64,000 nt of DNA from Candidatus Enterousia sp. (GCA_045635825.1 JAZTWM010000006.1:12265-76264); one strand, 5' to 3'. Counted from the first letter of the stretch, positions 9,668-19,942 are shown. A program made the numbers and translations. The notes: generated by a model not told the origin, from the sequence alone.

Positions 9668-11206
9668 ATGAGCCACAAAACCAAACATTTTCATTTTCTT
9701 AAATTGCCCATTTTGATGGTTGGGGTGATAAGTGGATTTTCATACATAAATGTTGTATATGCCGCATGCACTTTTTATCCACATACGGCTTCAGGTTTGA
9801 AATCTGATATGTTAAGAGTACGAACGCTGAATGGTACTGTGGGACATTATAGATGTGGTGGTGGTAATTGTGTACAAGGTGATTGGGTTGTAGATGTAAT
9901 AGCGGGAAAGAGTTACATATGCACTAGTGATGGTACAAAATGGGATGGTGGGGCGATACCAAATTGTACTAGCAATCCCAACACAGAGAAATATATTCTA
10001 CAGTCCTCTGCAGACTCAAGAAAAACCTTGTTCTCTGGTAGGGAAAAATCTAGTAGTTCGGAGCATTTTACCACAAAGAGGTCTGATAATTGCTATGCGT
10101 ATGAATGCATAAATGGTACTGTGCCATCTGCTGATCGTACAAAATGTGTTTGTAAAAACGGTGAAAATAAAACATCTGGTCTTTGCATGGGAAAAGTACA
10201 CGCAACCTTTTGTGAACTAAAATGCATAAATGAAAATTGGCAAGTTACCAAGATAAAAACATGTGAACCACACTATACACCTAATACTAGTGCCACAGAA
10301 TGCATAGAAGCACAATCCACAAACCGTACTTCATCTGGCGGCAACACATCATCTACTGGCGTCACCCCAACACCATCTACAACTACCTCACCATATCAAT
10401 ATGACCACTTAATCGGCCAACAATGCCAAAATCCGGTCCGATTACCCGAGCATGCAACCAATGGATTCATCATCGAAAATCGACAGGCACTCCATGGCAT
10501 CGCATGCATGGTAACCGCATGTCAACAGCCAGACTGGATGGTCAACCCACAAGGCCGCGCCAATTGTATCCGTAATACCACCACAACAACACCAACCACA
10601 ACCACCACATCGACAGAAACGAATACCTCAGATGCAACAACACCATCAACCGCAATACCTATTGCAGACACAACAACAGAACAACCTGTGGTTGCAGAGG
10701 AAACGTCTGATGACGCAGCAGAGGCATCAGTGGCAACACCTGTTGTAACCGAACAAACCCCAGAACCATGTGAAGACACAAACCAAGGTATCCAATCAGG
10801 ACATATTGTAAATGGGATTTGTGTGCCGGAATCTTGTGTGACCCCAGGTTGGACATTGATAAATGGTAAATGTGTGCATGCCGATGGTATAGATTGTAAA
10901 GACACAATGTATATGGCAGATACTGCCACATATCAAAATGGCGTATGTACCGTTCACGAATGTTATGCAGGGTTTGAGGTAAAAGAAAACCAATGTGTTG
11001 AAATCTCTGGCCCATGCAAGAGTTTACCCGATAAAGCAACACGTGGTCATCGTAAATATGACAAAGACGCAGATTCTGTAAAATGTAACGTTGATGATTG
11101 CGTTGATGGATATGTTATTGCAGATGATAAAATGTCATGTCGTGAAGACTATGAAGCATTGGCGGAACAGGCACGTGAACGCGAACAATCCACCGGTAAT
11201 AAATGA
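9668..11206 (+). CDS. Secreted cysteine-rich protein with mucin-like Thr-rich linkers (TTTTPTTTTTSTETNTS); signal peptide MSHKTKHFHFLKLPILMVGVISGFSYINVVYA. Ends at an in-frame TGA that may be read through into 11222..11737.
   Basis: Signal peptide, >40 Cys in repeated CxC/NG contexts, low-complexity Thr/Pro tracts. Confidence 0.6.
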   Translation: MSHKTKHFHFLKLPILMVGVISGFSYINVVYAACTFYPHTASGLKSDMLRVRTLNGTVGHYRCGGGNCVQGDWVVDVIAGKSYICTSDGTKWDGGAIPNCTSNPNTEKYILQSSADSRKTLFSGREKSSSSEHFTTKRSDNCYAYECINGTVPSADRTKCVCKNGENKTSGLCMGKVHATFCELKCINENWQVTKIKTCEPHYTPNTSATECIEAQSTNRTSSGGNTSSTGVTPTPSTTTSPYQYDHLIGQQCQNPVRLPEHATNGFIIENRQALHGIACMVTACQQPDWMVNPQGRANCIRNTTTTTPTTTTTSTETNTSDATTPSTAIPIADTTTEQPVVAEETSDDAAEASVATPVVTEQTPEPCEDTNQGIQSGHIVNGICVPESCVTPGWTLINGKCVHADGIDCKDTMYMADTATYQNGVCTVHECYAGFEVKENQCVEISGPCKSLPDKATRGHRKYDKDADSVKCNVDDCVDGYVIADDKMSCREDYEALAEQAREREQSTGNK

Positions 11207-11221
11207 CTGGGTGCGGTTGGT

Positions 11222-11737
11222 ATGGGTGCAACCGGTATTGGTGGTGCAATGTTATTGTCTGGGATGTCTGAAACCAAATCCGATGACGAAGCCGAACGTG
11301 CGATGAAAGCATATCTGTCAACGTTCACATGCAAATACGGAAATGAAAGTGTGCCGGGTGGTACAATGAACGTGGAAATACCGGGTGGTAATGAACTGAT
11401 ACAAATGTATGCAGAATATGTTGCATTGGCAAATGATTTGAAGGTACGTAAAGAAGCCCTGGGAATGGCCCCTGGGATAGAGAGCGAGGCGATATTAGAT
11501 TCTGCGACATCTGGATTATATGATGATGTTTCCACCGGCAAGACCCAGGGTGCATATGCATCATTGGCACGTGCGTTATCAGATCCCAACAGCGAGGATG
11601 CAAAAATATGGGCGGCCCAACGTGAGGAATCAGCTGAGAAGAAAGAAACCGGTGCAATTACCGCCGGTGCCGGCGCCGGTGTCAGCCTGATTGGAAATAT
11701 CACCAGTAATGCCGTAGATAAAAACAAAGATAAATAA
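11222..11737 (+). CDS. Hypothetical protein in the same frame as 9668..11206, separated only by TGA + 5 codons; N-terminus is a Gly-rich hydrophobic segment (possible TM of a fused protein).
   Basis: Same reading frame (both 2 mod 3); the hydrophobic LGAVGMGATGIGGAMLLSG segment spans the junction; the antisense ORF 11149..11751 was rejected. Confidence 0.45.
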   Translation: MGATGIGGAMLLSGMSETKSDDEAERAMKAYLSTFTCKYGNESVPGGTMNVEIPGGNELIQMYAEYVALANDLKVRKEALGMAPGIESEAILDSATSGLYDDVSTGKTQGAYASLARALSDPNSEDAKIWAAQREESAEKKETGAITAGAGAGVSLIGNITSNAVDKNKDK

Positions 11738-11740
11738 TAA

Positions 11741-11771
11741 CAATCCCCCATTGGGGGATTTTTAATTGTTG
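11741..11771. terminator. Bidirectional terminator hairpin (atcccccattgggggat + T-run) between the convergent 11222..11737 and ftsB-like genes
   Basis: Perfect 7-bp GC-rich stem, T-run. Confidence 0.55.
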
Positions 11772-11783
11772 ATGGTTATGGGT

Positions 11784-12119
11784 TTATATTTTTAATATTT
11801 TTGTTTTTGGGTCGCCAATATTTAAGTATTTAAGTCCCAATTCTTCGACATAGTCAGGACTGTAATTTTGCAACAGTTGAATGTGGCGGTGTAATTCGTC
11901 CAGATTTTTTTGTTCATCGGCCAATAATTCTTGTTCGTTGTGCAGTCGCCATATGTTTATGCCAAAGCGTTGAATGTTGACATCGCCCCAGAACATGCCA
12001 ATAAACATAAAGCACGCAAATAATGATAATGCCAGTCCTAGTTTGCCACGTGCACCACATGACCATGCACGACCGATAAAACTAAATAATTTTTTGATTT
12101 TTCCTTTCATAGATGGCAT
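11784..12119 (-). CDS. ftsB: FtsB/DivIC-like septum formation initiator (single TM + coiled coil)
   Basis: TM LALSLFACFMFIGMFWG followed by coiled coil LHNEQELLADEQKNLDELHRHIQLLQ; ~110 aa. Confidence 0.55.
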   Translation of the reverse strand: MPSMKGKIKKLFSFIGRAWSCGARGKLGLALSLFACFMFIGMFWGDVNIQRFGINIWRLHNEQELLADEQKNLDELHRHIQLLQNYSPDYVEELGLKYLNIGDPKTKILKI

Positions 12120-12129
12120 TATATCATAA

Positions 12130-13044
12130 ATGTTTAGTGATTATCAACTTTTTGGTGCACCTTTGGCTGGGGTTACTGACCGGCCATTTCGACGAATCGT
12201 TCGTGAGTTTTCACCAAATGCACCGATTGTAACCGAAATGATTTCATGTCATTCTTTGGTGGGGGCACATAAGAATTGTTTGCGGAACTTTGATGATTAT
12301 TCCAATGAAGGGGCTGTTGGGGCCCAAATCTTTGGTGCAGATGTTAATTTGATGGCGGATGCGGCACGTATATTACAGGATGCAGGTGCCAAGTGGATTG
12401 ATATAAATATGGGCTGTCCTGTGCCAAAGGTGGCAACGCGTGCCGGGGCTGGGGCACATTTAATGCGGGATCATAAATTGGCAGAACATATTATGCGTGC
12501 AGTGGTGGGGGCAGTGCAGATTCCTGTATCAATCAAGACACGATTGGGGTGGGATGATGAACATCGTGATTGGTTTGATTTGGCACAAATTGCGGCAGAC
12601 TGTGGCGTGAAGTTTATGGCACTGCATGGTCGTACACGTGCACAGTTATATTTGGGGCAGGCCACACATCCCGATGTGTCAAAGTGTGCAATTCCAGTGA
12701 TTGCAAATGGTGATATTCGTTCAAGTCAAGATTTGGCAGAATTAGAACAATTAGGATATGCAGGGGCGATGATTGGTCGTGCGATGTTGGGGCGACCATG
12801 GATTTTATCACAGATTGCAGGGGCGGATTTGTCAGATGTTGATGTTGGTTCGGTTGCCTTGCGACATCTGGAATATGCGATTGAATACTATGGGGCAAAG
12901 ACCGCGGTGCCAATGTTTCGCAAGCATGCTGCATGGTATAGTGCGGGGATGCCCAATTCGTCTGAATTTCGTATCAAAGTAAATCAAATTGACGATGCAG
13001 ATGCGTTAAAGGTTGCAATTCGTGATTTTTGGGGTATGATTTAG
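12130..13044 (+). CDS. dusB: tRNA-dihydrouridine synthase (DusB/NifR3 family)
   Basis: APLAGVTDRPFRR, DINMGCPVPKV, catalytic Cys context, TIM-barrel Dus signature. Confidence 0.8.
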   Translation: MFSDYQLFGAPLAGVTDRPFRRIVREFSPNAPIVTEMISCHSLVGAHKNCLRNFDDYSNEGAVGAQIFGADVNLMADAARILQDAGAKWIDINMGCPVPKVATRAGAGAHLMRDHKLAEHIMRAVVGAVQIPVSIKTRLGWDDEHRDWFDLAQIAADCGVKFMALHGRTRAQLYLGQATHPDVSKCAIPVIANGDIRSSQDLAELEQLGYAGAMIGRAMLGRPWILSQIAGADLSDVDVGSVALRHLEYAIEYYGAKTAVPMFRKHAAWYSAGMPNSSEFRIKVNQIDDADALKVAIRDFWGMI

Positions 13045-13076
13045 GAAAGTTTAATTGTTTTAGAGGACAGTGAAAG

Positions 13077-13934
13077 ATGACAGAAGTTATTGAAAATACA
13101 GATACAGTTGTAGAAACACCTGTGGAATTGACTGCGGGTGAAATGTTGCGTAATGCACGTACCACAGGTCGTCGCAAACGTGAAATAACAACAATTTCAA
13201 AGCAGTTATGTATTCGTGAAGAGTTTTTAGAAGCACTGGAAAATGGTGATTATAAGGTTATCCCAGAACAGGTTTATATTTTGGGTTTTGCACGTAACTA
13301 TGCAATGGAATTGGGGTTAAATCCTGATGAAATTGTGGCCAAGATAAAAAAAGAAATGGGTGTGTCGGATGCGTGTGCAGATGATGACGAGGATGTTAGT
13401 GCATGTGCCATGCCCAGCATCAAGGAAGAAAATTGGTGGAAGGTAACATGGGTTAAGGTTTATCAGTTTATTTATCAACATTGGTTGTGGTTTGTTGGTG
13501 CGATTATTGCAATTGCTGTTGTTATTACTGCGATTGTTTTGTTACAGCCCACAGAAGAACCGGTTGTGGCACAAACTGAAACAGCACTTGTTGCAGCAGA
13601 GGTGTCAACAGAACCGGCGTACAAGTTGTCTGTGCGTGAAAGATTTGGCACAGGTAATCGTGAAAAGGCAAATGTAATTTTGCAGGCGACAGGTGAATCT
13701 TGGGTCAAGGTTGAAGATGGTCGTGGAAATACTACGTTCAGTCGTGTATTGGTGCCAGGTGATGTATACTATGTTCCAGTCGGGAACAAGTACAAGGCGA
13801 CATTTGGAAATGCAGGTGCAATTGATATCTGGGTTAATGGTGAATTAGCACCAGCAGTAGGCCCAGATCATACCAGAAAAGCGGGTGTTTCATTGGCGCC
13901 GGATGTTTTGATGGGACAGAAGAAAGAAAAATAA
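13077..13934 (+). CDS. rodZ: RodZ-like cytoskeleton protein (XRE HTH + TM + DUF4115-like C-terminal domain)
   Basis: N-terminal HTH ([27 protein letters not shown]), central TM, C-terminal [24 protein letters not shown] beta domain. Confidence 0.6.
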   Translation: MTEVIENTDTVVETPVELTAGEMLRNARTTGRRKREITTISKQLCIREEFLEALENGDYKVIPEQVYILGFARNYAMELGLNPDEIVAKIKKEMGVSDACADDDEDVSACAMPSIKEENWWKVTWVKVYQFIYQHWLWFVGAIIAIAVVITAIVLLQPTEEPVVAQTETALVAAEVSTEPAYKLSVRERFGTGNREKANVILQATGESWVKVEDGRGNTTFSRVLVPGDVYYVPVGNKYKATFGNAGAIDIWVNGELAPAVGPDHTRKAGVSLAPDVLMGQKKEK

Positions 13935-13976
13935 TATTGTGAAAGAAGGGGGCAAAGGAAACTTTGCCCCTGTGTA

Positions 13977-14004
13977 TTGAAATTTGAAATATTTGCCTTA
14001 TAAT
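13977..14004 (+). promoter_or_regulatory. Candidate sigma70 promoter for uvrA (TTGAAA -35, 16-nt spacer, TATAAT -10)
   Basis: Consensus hexamers seen in sequence 11-38 bp upstream of the uvrA ATG; no alphaproteobacterial LexA box (GTTC-N7-GTTC) seen. Confidence 0.4.
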
Positions 14005-14014
14005 TATTTTTACT

Positions 14015-16885
14015 ATGGCAAATGTAATTAAAATTCGCGGTGCACGTGAAAATAATCTTAAGAATATTGATTTAGACATACCAAAAAATAAGTTGGTGGT
14101 CTTTACTGGTGTTTCTGGTTCGGGGAAGTCTTCTCTGGCATTTAATACGATTTATGCCGAAGGCCAGCGCAGGTATGTTGAGTCTTTGTCCAGTTATGCA
14201 CGTCAATTTTTAGATATGCAAAAAAAGCCCGATGTCGATTTGATAGAAGGGTTGGCACCGGCGATTTCAATTGAACAAAAGACAACGTCTAAAAATCCAC
14301 GTTCAACTGTTGGAACGGTGACAGAGGTCTATGATTATTTACGACTGTTATGGGCACGTATTGGTGTGCCGCATTCCCCAGTTACCGGTAAGCCGATTAA
14401 GTCACAGTCAATTGCGGAAATGGTTGATTGGACAATGAAGATTCCACCGCAAACTAAAATATTTATTATGGCCCCACTGGTGCGTGAAAGAAAAGGTGAA
14501 TATCGCAAGGAATTGGCGTTCTTGGTCAAACAGGGTTATACACGTGCGATTATTGATAATGAATTGGTTGATTTGTCGGCGGTGCCGTCTTTGGATAAAA
14601 ATAAAAAGCATACAATTTTCGTTATTGTGGACCGCTTGCAAATGCCAGCAGATGGTACAGATAATGAAGAGTTTCGTTCACGAATGTATTCGTCTTTTGA
14701 AGGGGCGTTGCGTTTGGTGCCGGGTTCGGTATTGGTTCGCAGACTGGATACAAATGAAGATACGTTGTATTCGCAGAACTACGCTTGTCCAGTAAGCGGT
14801 TTTACGGTACCAAAAATAGAACCCAGGTTGTTTTCATTTAATGCACCAATGGGGGCATGTCAAAACTGTGATGGGTTAGGTGTTCAATTAAATATGTCGC
14901 CAGATCTGGTTGTTCCGGATCCATCTAAGTCAATTTTAGGTGGTGCGATTGCACCATGGTCACGTGGTGGTATGCTTAGTCAATTTGAGCATCTGCTGGA
15001 TGCGTTGCATAAGAAGTTTAAGATTCCTTTGTCTAAGCCATGGCATACCCTGAGTCAGGAACAAAAAGATTTGATTTTGTATGGCAGTGGTGACGAGACA
15101 ATAAAAATAAACTGGAATGGCTTTGTTTATGAAAAGCCATATGAAGGCGTTATTCCAAATATTGAACGTCGTTGGCGTGAATCAGAATCAGAGGCGATGC
15201 GTACAGAACTGGCTAAATATCAGGCGGAAAAACCATGTCCGGTTTGTCATGGCAAGCGTCTAAATATACAAGCATTGTGTGTGCGTATTAATGGTGCAGA
15301 CATTATGGATGTTTGTGATATGGCGGTTGATGATTCTTTGGAATGGTTTCGTGACTTGCCAAATCATTTATCACAAAAAGATAATGATATTGCAAAAATT
15401 GTATTGCGTGAAATTACCGATAGATTGTATTTCTTGCAAAATGTTGGATTGGGGTATTTGACTTTGTCACGTATGGCGGGGACTTTGTCTGGTGGTGAAG
15501 CACAACGTATTCGTTTGGCATCCCAGATTGGCAGTGGGCTGTCTGGTGTGTTATATGTGTTAGACGAACCGTCAATTGGATTGCATCAGGCAGACAATGA
15601 CAAGTTGTTAGACACGCTGAAAATGTTGCGTGATAAAGACAATACGGTTATTGTTGTTGAACATGACGAAGATGCGATGCGTATGGCGGACTATCTGTTT
15701 GATATTGGGCGTGGTGCAGGTATAAATGGTGGTAATGTGATTGCCCATGGTACGCCAGAACAGGTTATAAAAAATAAAGAATCAATTACAGGGCAATATT
15801 TATCTGGTGTGCGTAAGATTGCGGTGCCAAATAAACGTCGTGCGGGTAATGGGCATGTTATTCGTGTCGCAGGGGCACGTGAAAACAATCTGAAAAATGT
15901 AACGGTTGATTTTCCGTTGGGAAAGTTTATTGCTTTGACTGGTGTGTCGGGGTCTGGTAAGTCAACATTGTTGCTGAATACATTGTATCCTGCGTTGATG
16001 CGTGCGTTATATAATTCTAAAATGGAAACTGGGGCGCATGATATTATAACTGGTATGGAAAATGTAGATAAAGTGGTTGATATTGATCAATCGCCAATTG
16101 GTCGCAGCCCACGCAGTAATCCGGCAACATATACAGGCGTGTTTGGTGATATTCGTGACTTCTTTGCAGGTTTGCCCGAGGCCAAGGCGCGTGGATATGG
16201 GCCAGGTAGATTTTCGTTCAATGTTAAAGGTGGACGGTGTGAAGCCTGTCAGGGTGATGGACAAATTAAGATTGAAATGAACTTTTTGGCGGATGTTTAT
16301 GTTGAATGTGATTGTTGTCGTGGGTCACGTTATAACGAAGAAACATTGGCGGTCAAATATAAAGGTAAATCAATTGCGGATGTACTGAATATGACGGTCG
16401 AAGAGGCGTATCGTTTCTTTGTTAATGTGCCAAAGATTTCACGCAAGTTAGAATTGTTAAAACGTGTTGGGTTGGATTACATTAAATTGGGACAAAGTTC
16501 ATTGGATTTATCTGGTGGCGAGGCCCAGCGTATCAAGTTGTCCAAGGAATTAGCATCACGTAGCACAGGACAGACAATTTATATCTTGGATGAACCAACA
16601 ACAGGGTTGCATTTTGAAGATATTAAAATGTTGTTGTCTGTTTTGCATGAATTGGTAGAGCAGGGTAATACCGTAATTGTTATTGAGCATAATTTAGAGG
16701 TTATTAAAACTGCAGATTGGATTATTGACTTGGGACCAAATGGTGGTGCGGGTGGTGGTCAAGTGATCGCTGTTGGGACACCCGAAGATATCGCAAATGT
16801 TCCAGAATCTAAGACGGGAAAATATTTGCACAAGTATCTGGACAAATCAGTAAAAAATAATAAAATAAAGGGCAAAAAGGAGTAG
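14015..16885 (+). CDS. uvrA: Excinuclease ABC subunit A
   Basis: Two ABC ATPase modules ([10 protein letters not shown] / [10 protein letters not shown] Walker A, LSGGE signatures) and zinc-finger cysteines; 956 aa. Confidence 0.9.
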   Translation: MANVIKIRGARENNLKNIDLDIPKNKLVVFTGVSGSGKSSLAFNTIYAEGQRRYVESLSSYARQFLDMQKKPDVDLIEGLAPAISIEQKTTSKNPRSTVGTVTEVYDYLRLLWARIGVPHSPVTGKPIKSQSIAEMVDWTMKIPPQTKIFIMAPLVRERKGEYRKELAFLVKQGYTRAIIDNELVDLSAVPSLDKNKKHTIFVIVDRLQMPADGTDNEEFRSRMYSSFEGALRLVPGSVLVRRLDTNEDTLYSQNYACPVSGFTVPKIEPRLFSFNAPMGACQNCDGLGVQLNMSPDLVVPDPSKSILGGAIAPWSRGGMLSQFEHLLDALHKKFKIPLSKPWHTLSQEQKDLILYGSGDETIKINWNGFVYEKPYEGVIPNIERRWRESESEAMRTELAKYQAEKPCPVCHGKRLNIQALCVRINGADIMDVCDMAVDDSLEWFRDLPNHLSQKDNDIAKIVLREITDRLYFLQNVGLGYLTLSRMAGTLSGGEAQRIRLASQIGSGLSGVLYVLDEPSIGLHQADNDKLLDTLKMLRDKDNTVIVVEHDEDAMRMADYLFDIGRGAGINGGNVIAHGTPEQVIKNKESITGQYLSGVRKIAVPNKRRAGNGHVIRVAGARENNLKNVTVDFPLGKFIALTGVSGSGKSTLLLNTLYPALMRALYNSKMETGAHDIITGMENVDKVVDIDQSPIGRSPRSNPATYTGVFGDIRDFFAGLPEAKARGYGPGRFSFNVKGGRCEACQGDGQIKIEMNFLADVYVECDCCRGSRYNEETLAVKYKGKSIADVLNMTVEEAYRFFVNVPKISRKLELLKRVGLDYIKLGQSSLDLSGGEAQRIKLSKELASRSTGQTIYILDEPTTGLHFEDIKMLLSVLHELVEQGNTVIVIEHNLEVIKTADWIIDLGPNGGAGGGQVIAVGTPEDIANVPESKTGKYLHKYLDKSVKNNKIKGKKE

Positions 16886-16887
16886 AA

Positions 16888-17424
16888 ATGTTTGGCTTTG
16901 GTAAAAAGAAAGAAAAGAAAGTAACAGAAAATCAGGTGACCGATGCAGATATCAAGGCGGTTGAAAAAGAATTAGGTGCAGATAAAATGCCCAGCGGTAT
17001 GAAAGAAACCGCCCAGCGTATGATGTCTGGTCAGTTCAATATGAATGATATGTTGGCACAGTTAAAGCAGATTAAGAAGATGAGCAATTTTAGTGGTCTG
17101 TTGAAGATGGTGCCAGGGATGTCTGGTGCGGTGTCTGCAATGAAAGAAAAAATTAAAGATGGCAGTGTAGATGCTCAGATCAAGATTTTAGAGGCAATGA
17201 CACCAGCAGAACGTGCAGAACCTGAAAAGGTGTTCGCAAATGCCAAGGCGCGTATTGCAGAAACAGCAGGGTGTACTGTACGTGATGTCGAACATTTGAT
17301 TAAGCAATATACCAAGATGAAGCAGCAAATGGCGATGATCCAGCGTATGGGCGGAATGGAGGCTGTCATGCAAAGAATGCAGCAGCAGGGTGGTATGCCA
17401 GGTATGAAACCACAAGGAAATTAA
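16888..17424 (+). CDS. Stand-alone SRP54/Ffh M-domain homolog (no NG GTPase domain)
   Basis: GQFNMNDMLAQLKQIKKMSNFSGLLKMVPGM and ..TVRDVEHLIKQYTKMKQQM plus an M/Q/G-rich tail are near-colinear with the Ffh M domain; it starts 3 nt after the uvrA stop, so no NG domain can lie upstream. Confidence 0.6.
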   Translation: MFGFGKKKEKKVTENQVTDADIKAVEKELGADKMPSGMKETAQRMMSGQFNMNDMLAQLKQIKKMSNFSGLLKMVPGMSGAVSAMKEKIKDGSVDAQIKILEAMTPAERAEPEKVFANAKARIAETAGCTVRDVEHLIKQYTKMKQQMAMIQRMGGMEAVMQRMQQQGGMPGMKPQGN

Positions 17425-17425
17425 A

Positions 17426-17701
17426 ATGGATATTAAAAAAGTAGTTACAAACTTTAAAAACTTGTTTGATTGGACGCCGGTTGCAGTAACAGAACCGGTG
17501 CCAGATTTCTATGAATATGGCGATATTGGTAAACAGTTTATTGGTTACAATGTTGTTGTGACGTACAAGCATCATGGTGTAAAGACATATTCATTTTCAT
17601 GCGATACAGACAAATTAGGTTTCGCAGATAGAGAATGGGCCAAGCGTCGTGCAGATAAATTTTATGCCAAGATGCAGAAACAGGTGGTAAAGGGGCGTTA
17701 A
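17426..17701 (+). CDS. Hypothetical small protein (tandem paralog A)
   Basis: NLFDWTPVAVTEPV..YKHHGVKTYSF..FYAK shared with the next ORF; tightly packed (1-nt spacers) between the ffh-M gene and rlmE. Confidence 0.5.
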   Translation: MDIKKVVTNFKNLFDWTPVAVTEPVPDFYEYGDIGKQFIGYNVVVTYKHHGVKTYSFSCDTDKLGFADREWAKRRADKFYAKMQKQVVKGR

Positions 17702-17702
17702 A

Positions 17703-17993
17703 ATGCATTTGAATTGGAGGCATTTGTTTGATTGGACGGTTGTGTCCGCAACAGAGCCTGTTGCAGTTAAGAACAAACATGGTGCGATTGAAGGGTATGA
17801 GTTTGAGGTTCAGTATGTATACCATGGCAAACGCAAGTTCTATTTTGATATGGATGCGGATATGTGGTATGCGCAATATGGTTCGCCATTGGCAGCTGCC
17901 AGAAGTTTTTATGCAAAATACGATGCAGAAGCCAAGGAATGGCAACGCAAGGCTGCTGAAATATGCGGTGTAAAAAAAGTGAAAAGTCGTTAA
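17703..17993 (+). CDS. Hypothetical small protein (tandem paralog B)
   Basis: HLFDWTVVSATEPV..YVYHGKRKFYF..FYAK; paralog of 17426..17701. Confidence 0.5.
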   Translation: MHLNWRHLFDWTVVSATEPVAVKNKHGAIEGYEFEVQYVYHGKRKFYFDMDADMWYAQYGSPLAAARSFYAKYDAEAKEWQRKAAEICGVKKVKSR

Positions 17994-17996
17994 ATA

Positions 17997-18656
17997 ATGA
18001 AAATAACAAACAAAAAAATTGCTGCAAAGAAATCTTCGGTCGCATGGTTGCAAAGACAGGCCGCAGATCCATATGTTGCACGTGCCCAAAAAGAAGGCTA
18101 TCGTGCACGTGCGGCATATAAACTGATTGAAATGAACGAAAAGTTCAAGTTCTTGCGTAATGGTCAGGTTGTTGTTGATTTAGGGGCGGCACCGGGGTCT
18201 TGGTCACAATATATTGCACGAACATTTCCAAAGTCTAAGATTTTTGCAATGGATTTGTTGGAGATTTCTCCAATTGTTGGGGTCGAAACATATCAAGGTG
18301 ATTTTACCAGCGATGAAGCGTTGCGTTGGTTGGAAGAAAAACTGAATCTGCCAGCAGACGAGTGTGGTGCAGGTACGGCAGATGTTGTTGTGTCTGATAT
18401 GGCACCAAATACAGTTGGGCACAAGAAAACCGATCATATTCGCCAGATGGTGTTGCTGGAATATGCGTTTGATTTTGCATTGCGTGCATTGAAACCTGGT
18501 GGAACATTTGTTTGTAAATCCTTTACAGGTGGAACAACGCAGGATTTGTTAAAGCAAATCAAGGAACGTTTTGAATATGTGCATCATATAAAACCACCAT
18601 CATCACGTAAAGACAGTGTGGAAATGTTTATTGTTGCATTGGGCTTTCGTGGATAG
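17997..18656 (+). CDS. rlmE: 23S rRNA (uridine2552-2'-O)-methyltransferase RlmE/FtsJ
   Basis: RSRAAYKL, VVDLGAAPGSWSQY, DVVVSDMAPN motifs of the FtsJ family. Confidence 0.85.
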   Translation: MKITNKKIAAKKSSVAWLQRQAADPYVARAQKEGYRARAAYKLIEMNEKFKFLRNGQVVVDLGAAPGSWSQYIARTFPKSKIFAMDLLEISPIVGVETYQGDFTSDEALRWLEEKLNLPADECGAGTADVVVSDMAPNTVGHKKTDHIRQMVLLEYAFDFALRALKPGGTFVCKSFTGGTTQDLLKQIKERFEYVHHIKPPSSRKDSVEMFIVALGFRG

Positions 18657-18670
18657 TCAATAAAATAAAA

Positions 18671-18697
18671 AACACCCAAAACAGGGTGTTTTTATTT
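18671..18697 (+). terminator. Rho-independent terminator after rlmE (cacccaaaacagggtg + TTTTTATTT)
   Basis: Hairpin + T-run. Confidence 0.55.
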
Positions 18698-18698
18698 G

Positions 18699-18775
18699 TG
18701 GTGGATGTGATTGGACTCGAACCAACGACCTCTTCGATGTGAACGAAGCGCTCTAACCAACTGAGCTACACATCC
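18699..18775 (-). tRNA. tRNA-Val (anticodon CAC), CCA encoded
   Basis: Cloverleaf folds by hand: GGATGTG acceptor, TAGCTCAGTTGGTTAGAGC D-arm, anticodon loop TTCACAT, GGTTCGAGTCC T-arm. Confidence 0.85.
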
Positions 18776-18840
18776 ATGGACGTTGTATTATAAACATAAG
18801 AAAGGCCGTTTGTCATGTAATTTATTTGTTTTTTTGATGA

Positions 18841-19926
18841 TTGTGTTGTAAAATGAAAGACATGATAAAGCGGCGTTTTATATATGTTATTTCTATTGTA
18901 TTGTTGTGTGGTGGGGCATTTGCCGCTGAATCATTGCTGAGGCCTGCAAGTTTTCCAGTTGTGTCAAAAGATTTCTCGTTTGAGCAACGTGTGGAAAATA
19001 TGGCAGAAGGTTATAAACCTTATGCGGGGATGAGTGCATATCAAATAATGGAATTTGAATCTATGGAAGATTATGCCCAGCGTGCGATAGAGGCAGAGTT
19101 AAGGGCAGCGGGTATTGAAGTTTGCGATGGGTGTGATGAAAACGGCAATCCGCCTGTCCAAGATGGTAGTACAGCGGTTGCGTTGCCACAGGTACCGGTA
19201 CAAACAACTGTGCAAACAAATATGCAGACACCGGTTCAAATAACTGCACAAACAAATGTGCCAAAAACAGAAACGTCAAAGCAGCCGTCTGTATCCGTCG
19301 GTGGGGTGCAGGGGTATTGTAGCCGTAAAAATCCTAATATTCCAGTTGGGCAAACGATACCGTTTGGGCTGCCTGTTAATACGGCGGATTTATCACCAAA
19401 TATATCTAGTCGTGCAAAAAGTATTGCGAGAAATACAGATAGGGGATTGTTTTGTTCGCCATATGGTTGTGGGCGTGGACGACCACATGAAGGTATTGAT
19501 ATTGGTTGTGATGCGGCCTTTTATCAAATGCCGATTTATGCAACTGCGGATGGGGTTGTTGATCATATTGTTTATGCTGGAAAAAATGCGTCTGCGGGTA
19601 ATTATATTAGAATAAATCATGGTAATGGGTGGATTTCGCAGTATATGCATTTGGATAAAATGTTTGTGTCCAAAGGGCAACGTGTAGAGGCAGGGTGTTT
19701 GATTGGTTTGATGGGACATACCGGCGGTAATCGGGATCAAAAAGTTCGTGGAATGAGTATTGATTTAACACATTTGCATTATGAAATAGTGTATTCGGGC
19801 AAGGCGTCTTATGTTCAGGCACCTAATGGTAAAAAAATACCGATTGTGCGTGGGGATAAAAAATTAGGCTATTGTGGCAGTTTTAAGAGCAAAATTTTGC
19901 CTAATGAGATTATGGTGTATAAATAA
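18841..19926 (+). CDS. Secreted M23-family metallopeptidase (LytM-like) carrying the N-terminal DFSFEQR..EGYKPYAG module
   Basis: Signal peptide; HEGIDIG..D and HLHYEI (HxxxD / HxH M23 zinc ligands). The true start may be the second or third Met. Confidence 0.7.
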   Translation: MCCKMKDMIKRRFIYVISIVLLCGGAFAAESLLRPASFPVVSKDFSFEQRVENMAEGYKPYAGMSAYQIMEFESMEDYAQRAIEAELRAAGIEVCDGCDENGNPPVQDGSTAVALPQVPVQTTVQTNMQTPVQITAQTNVPKTETSKQPSVSVGGVQGYCSRKNPNIPVGQTIPFGLPVNTADLSPNISSRAKSIARNTDRGLFCSPYGCGRGRPHEGIDIGCDAAFYQMPIYATADGVVDHIVYAGKNASAGNYIRINHGNGWISQYMHLDKMFVSKGQRVEAGCLIGLMGHTGGNRDQKVRGMSIDLTHLHYEIVYSGKASYVQAPNGKKIPIVRGDKKLGYCGSFKSKILPNEIMVYK

Positions 19927-19942
19927 AAGATTGAGATTTGTG

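Noticed and set aside
9668-11737. Genetic code 4 (TGA = Trp) as the explanation for the in-frame TGA
   Set aside because: TGA cleanly terminates at least three other genes at positions where their families normally end (ygjP-like at 6706-6708, HD gene at 49127-49129, GIY-YIG at 63263-63265). No other conserved gene in the window requires TGA readthrough.
11149-11751. 200-aa ORF on the minus strand antisense to 11222-11737
   Set aside because: Ser/Pro/Ala-rich low-complexity translation typical of antisense frames. The plus-strand ORF has balanced composition and is in frame with the upstream secreted protein.
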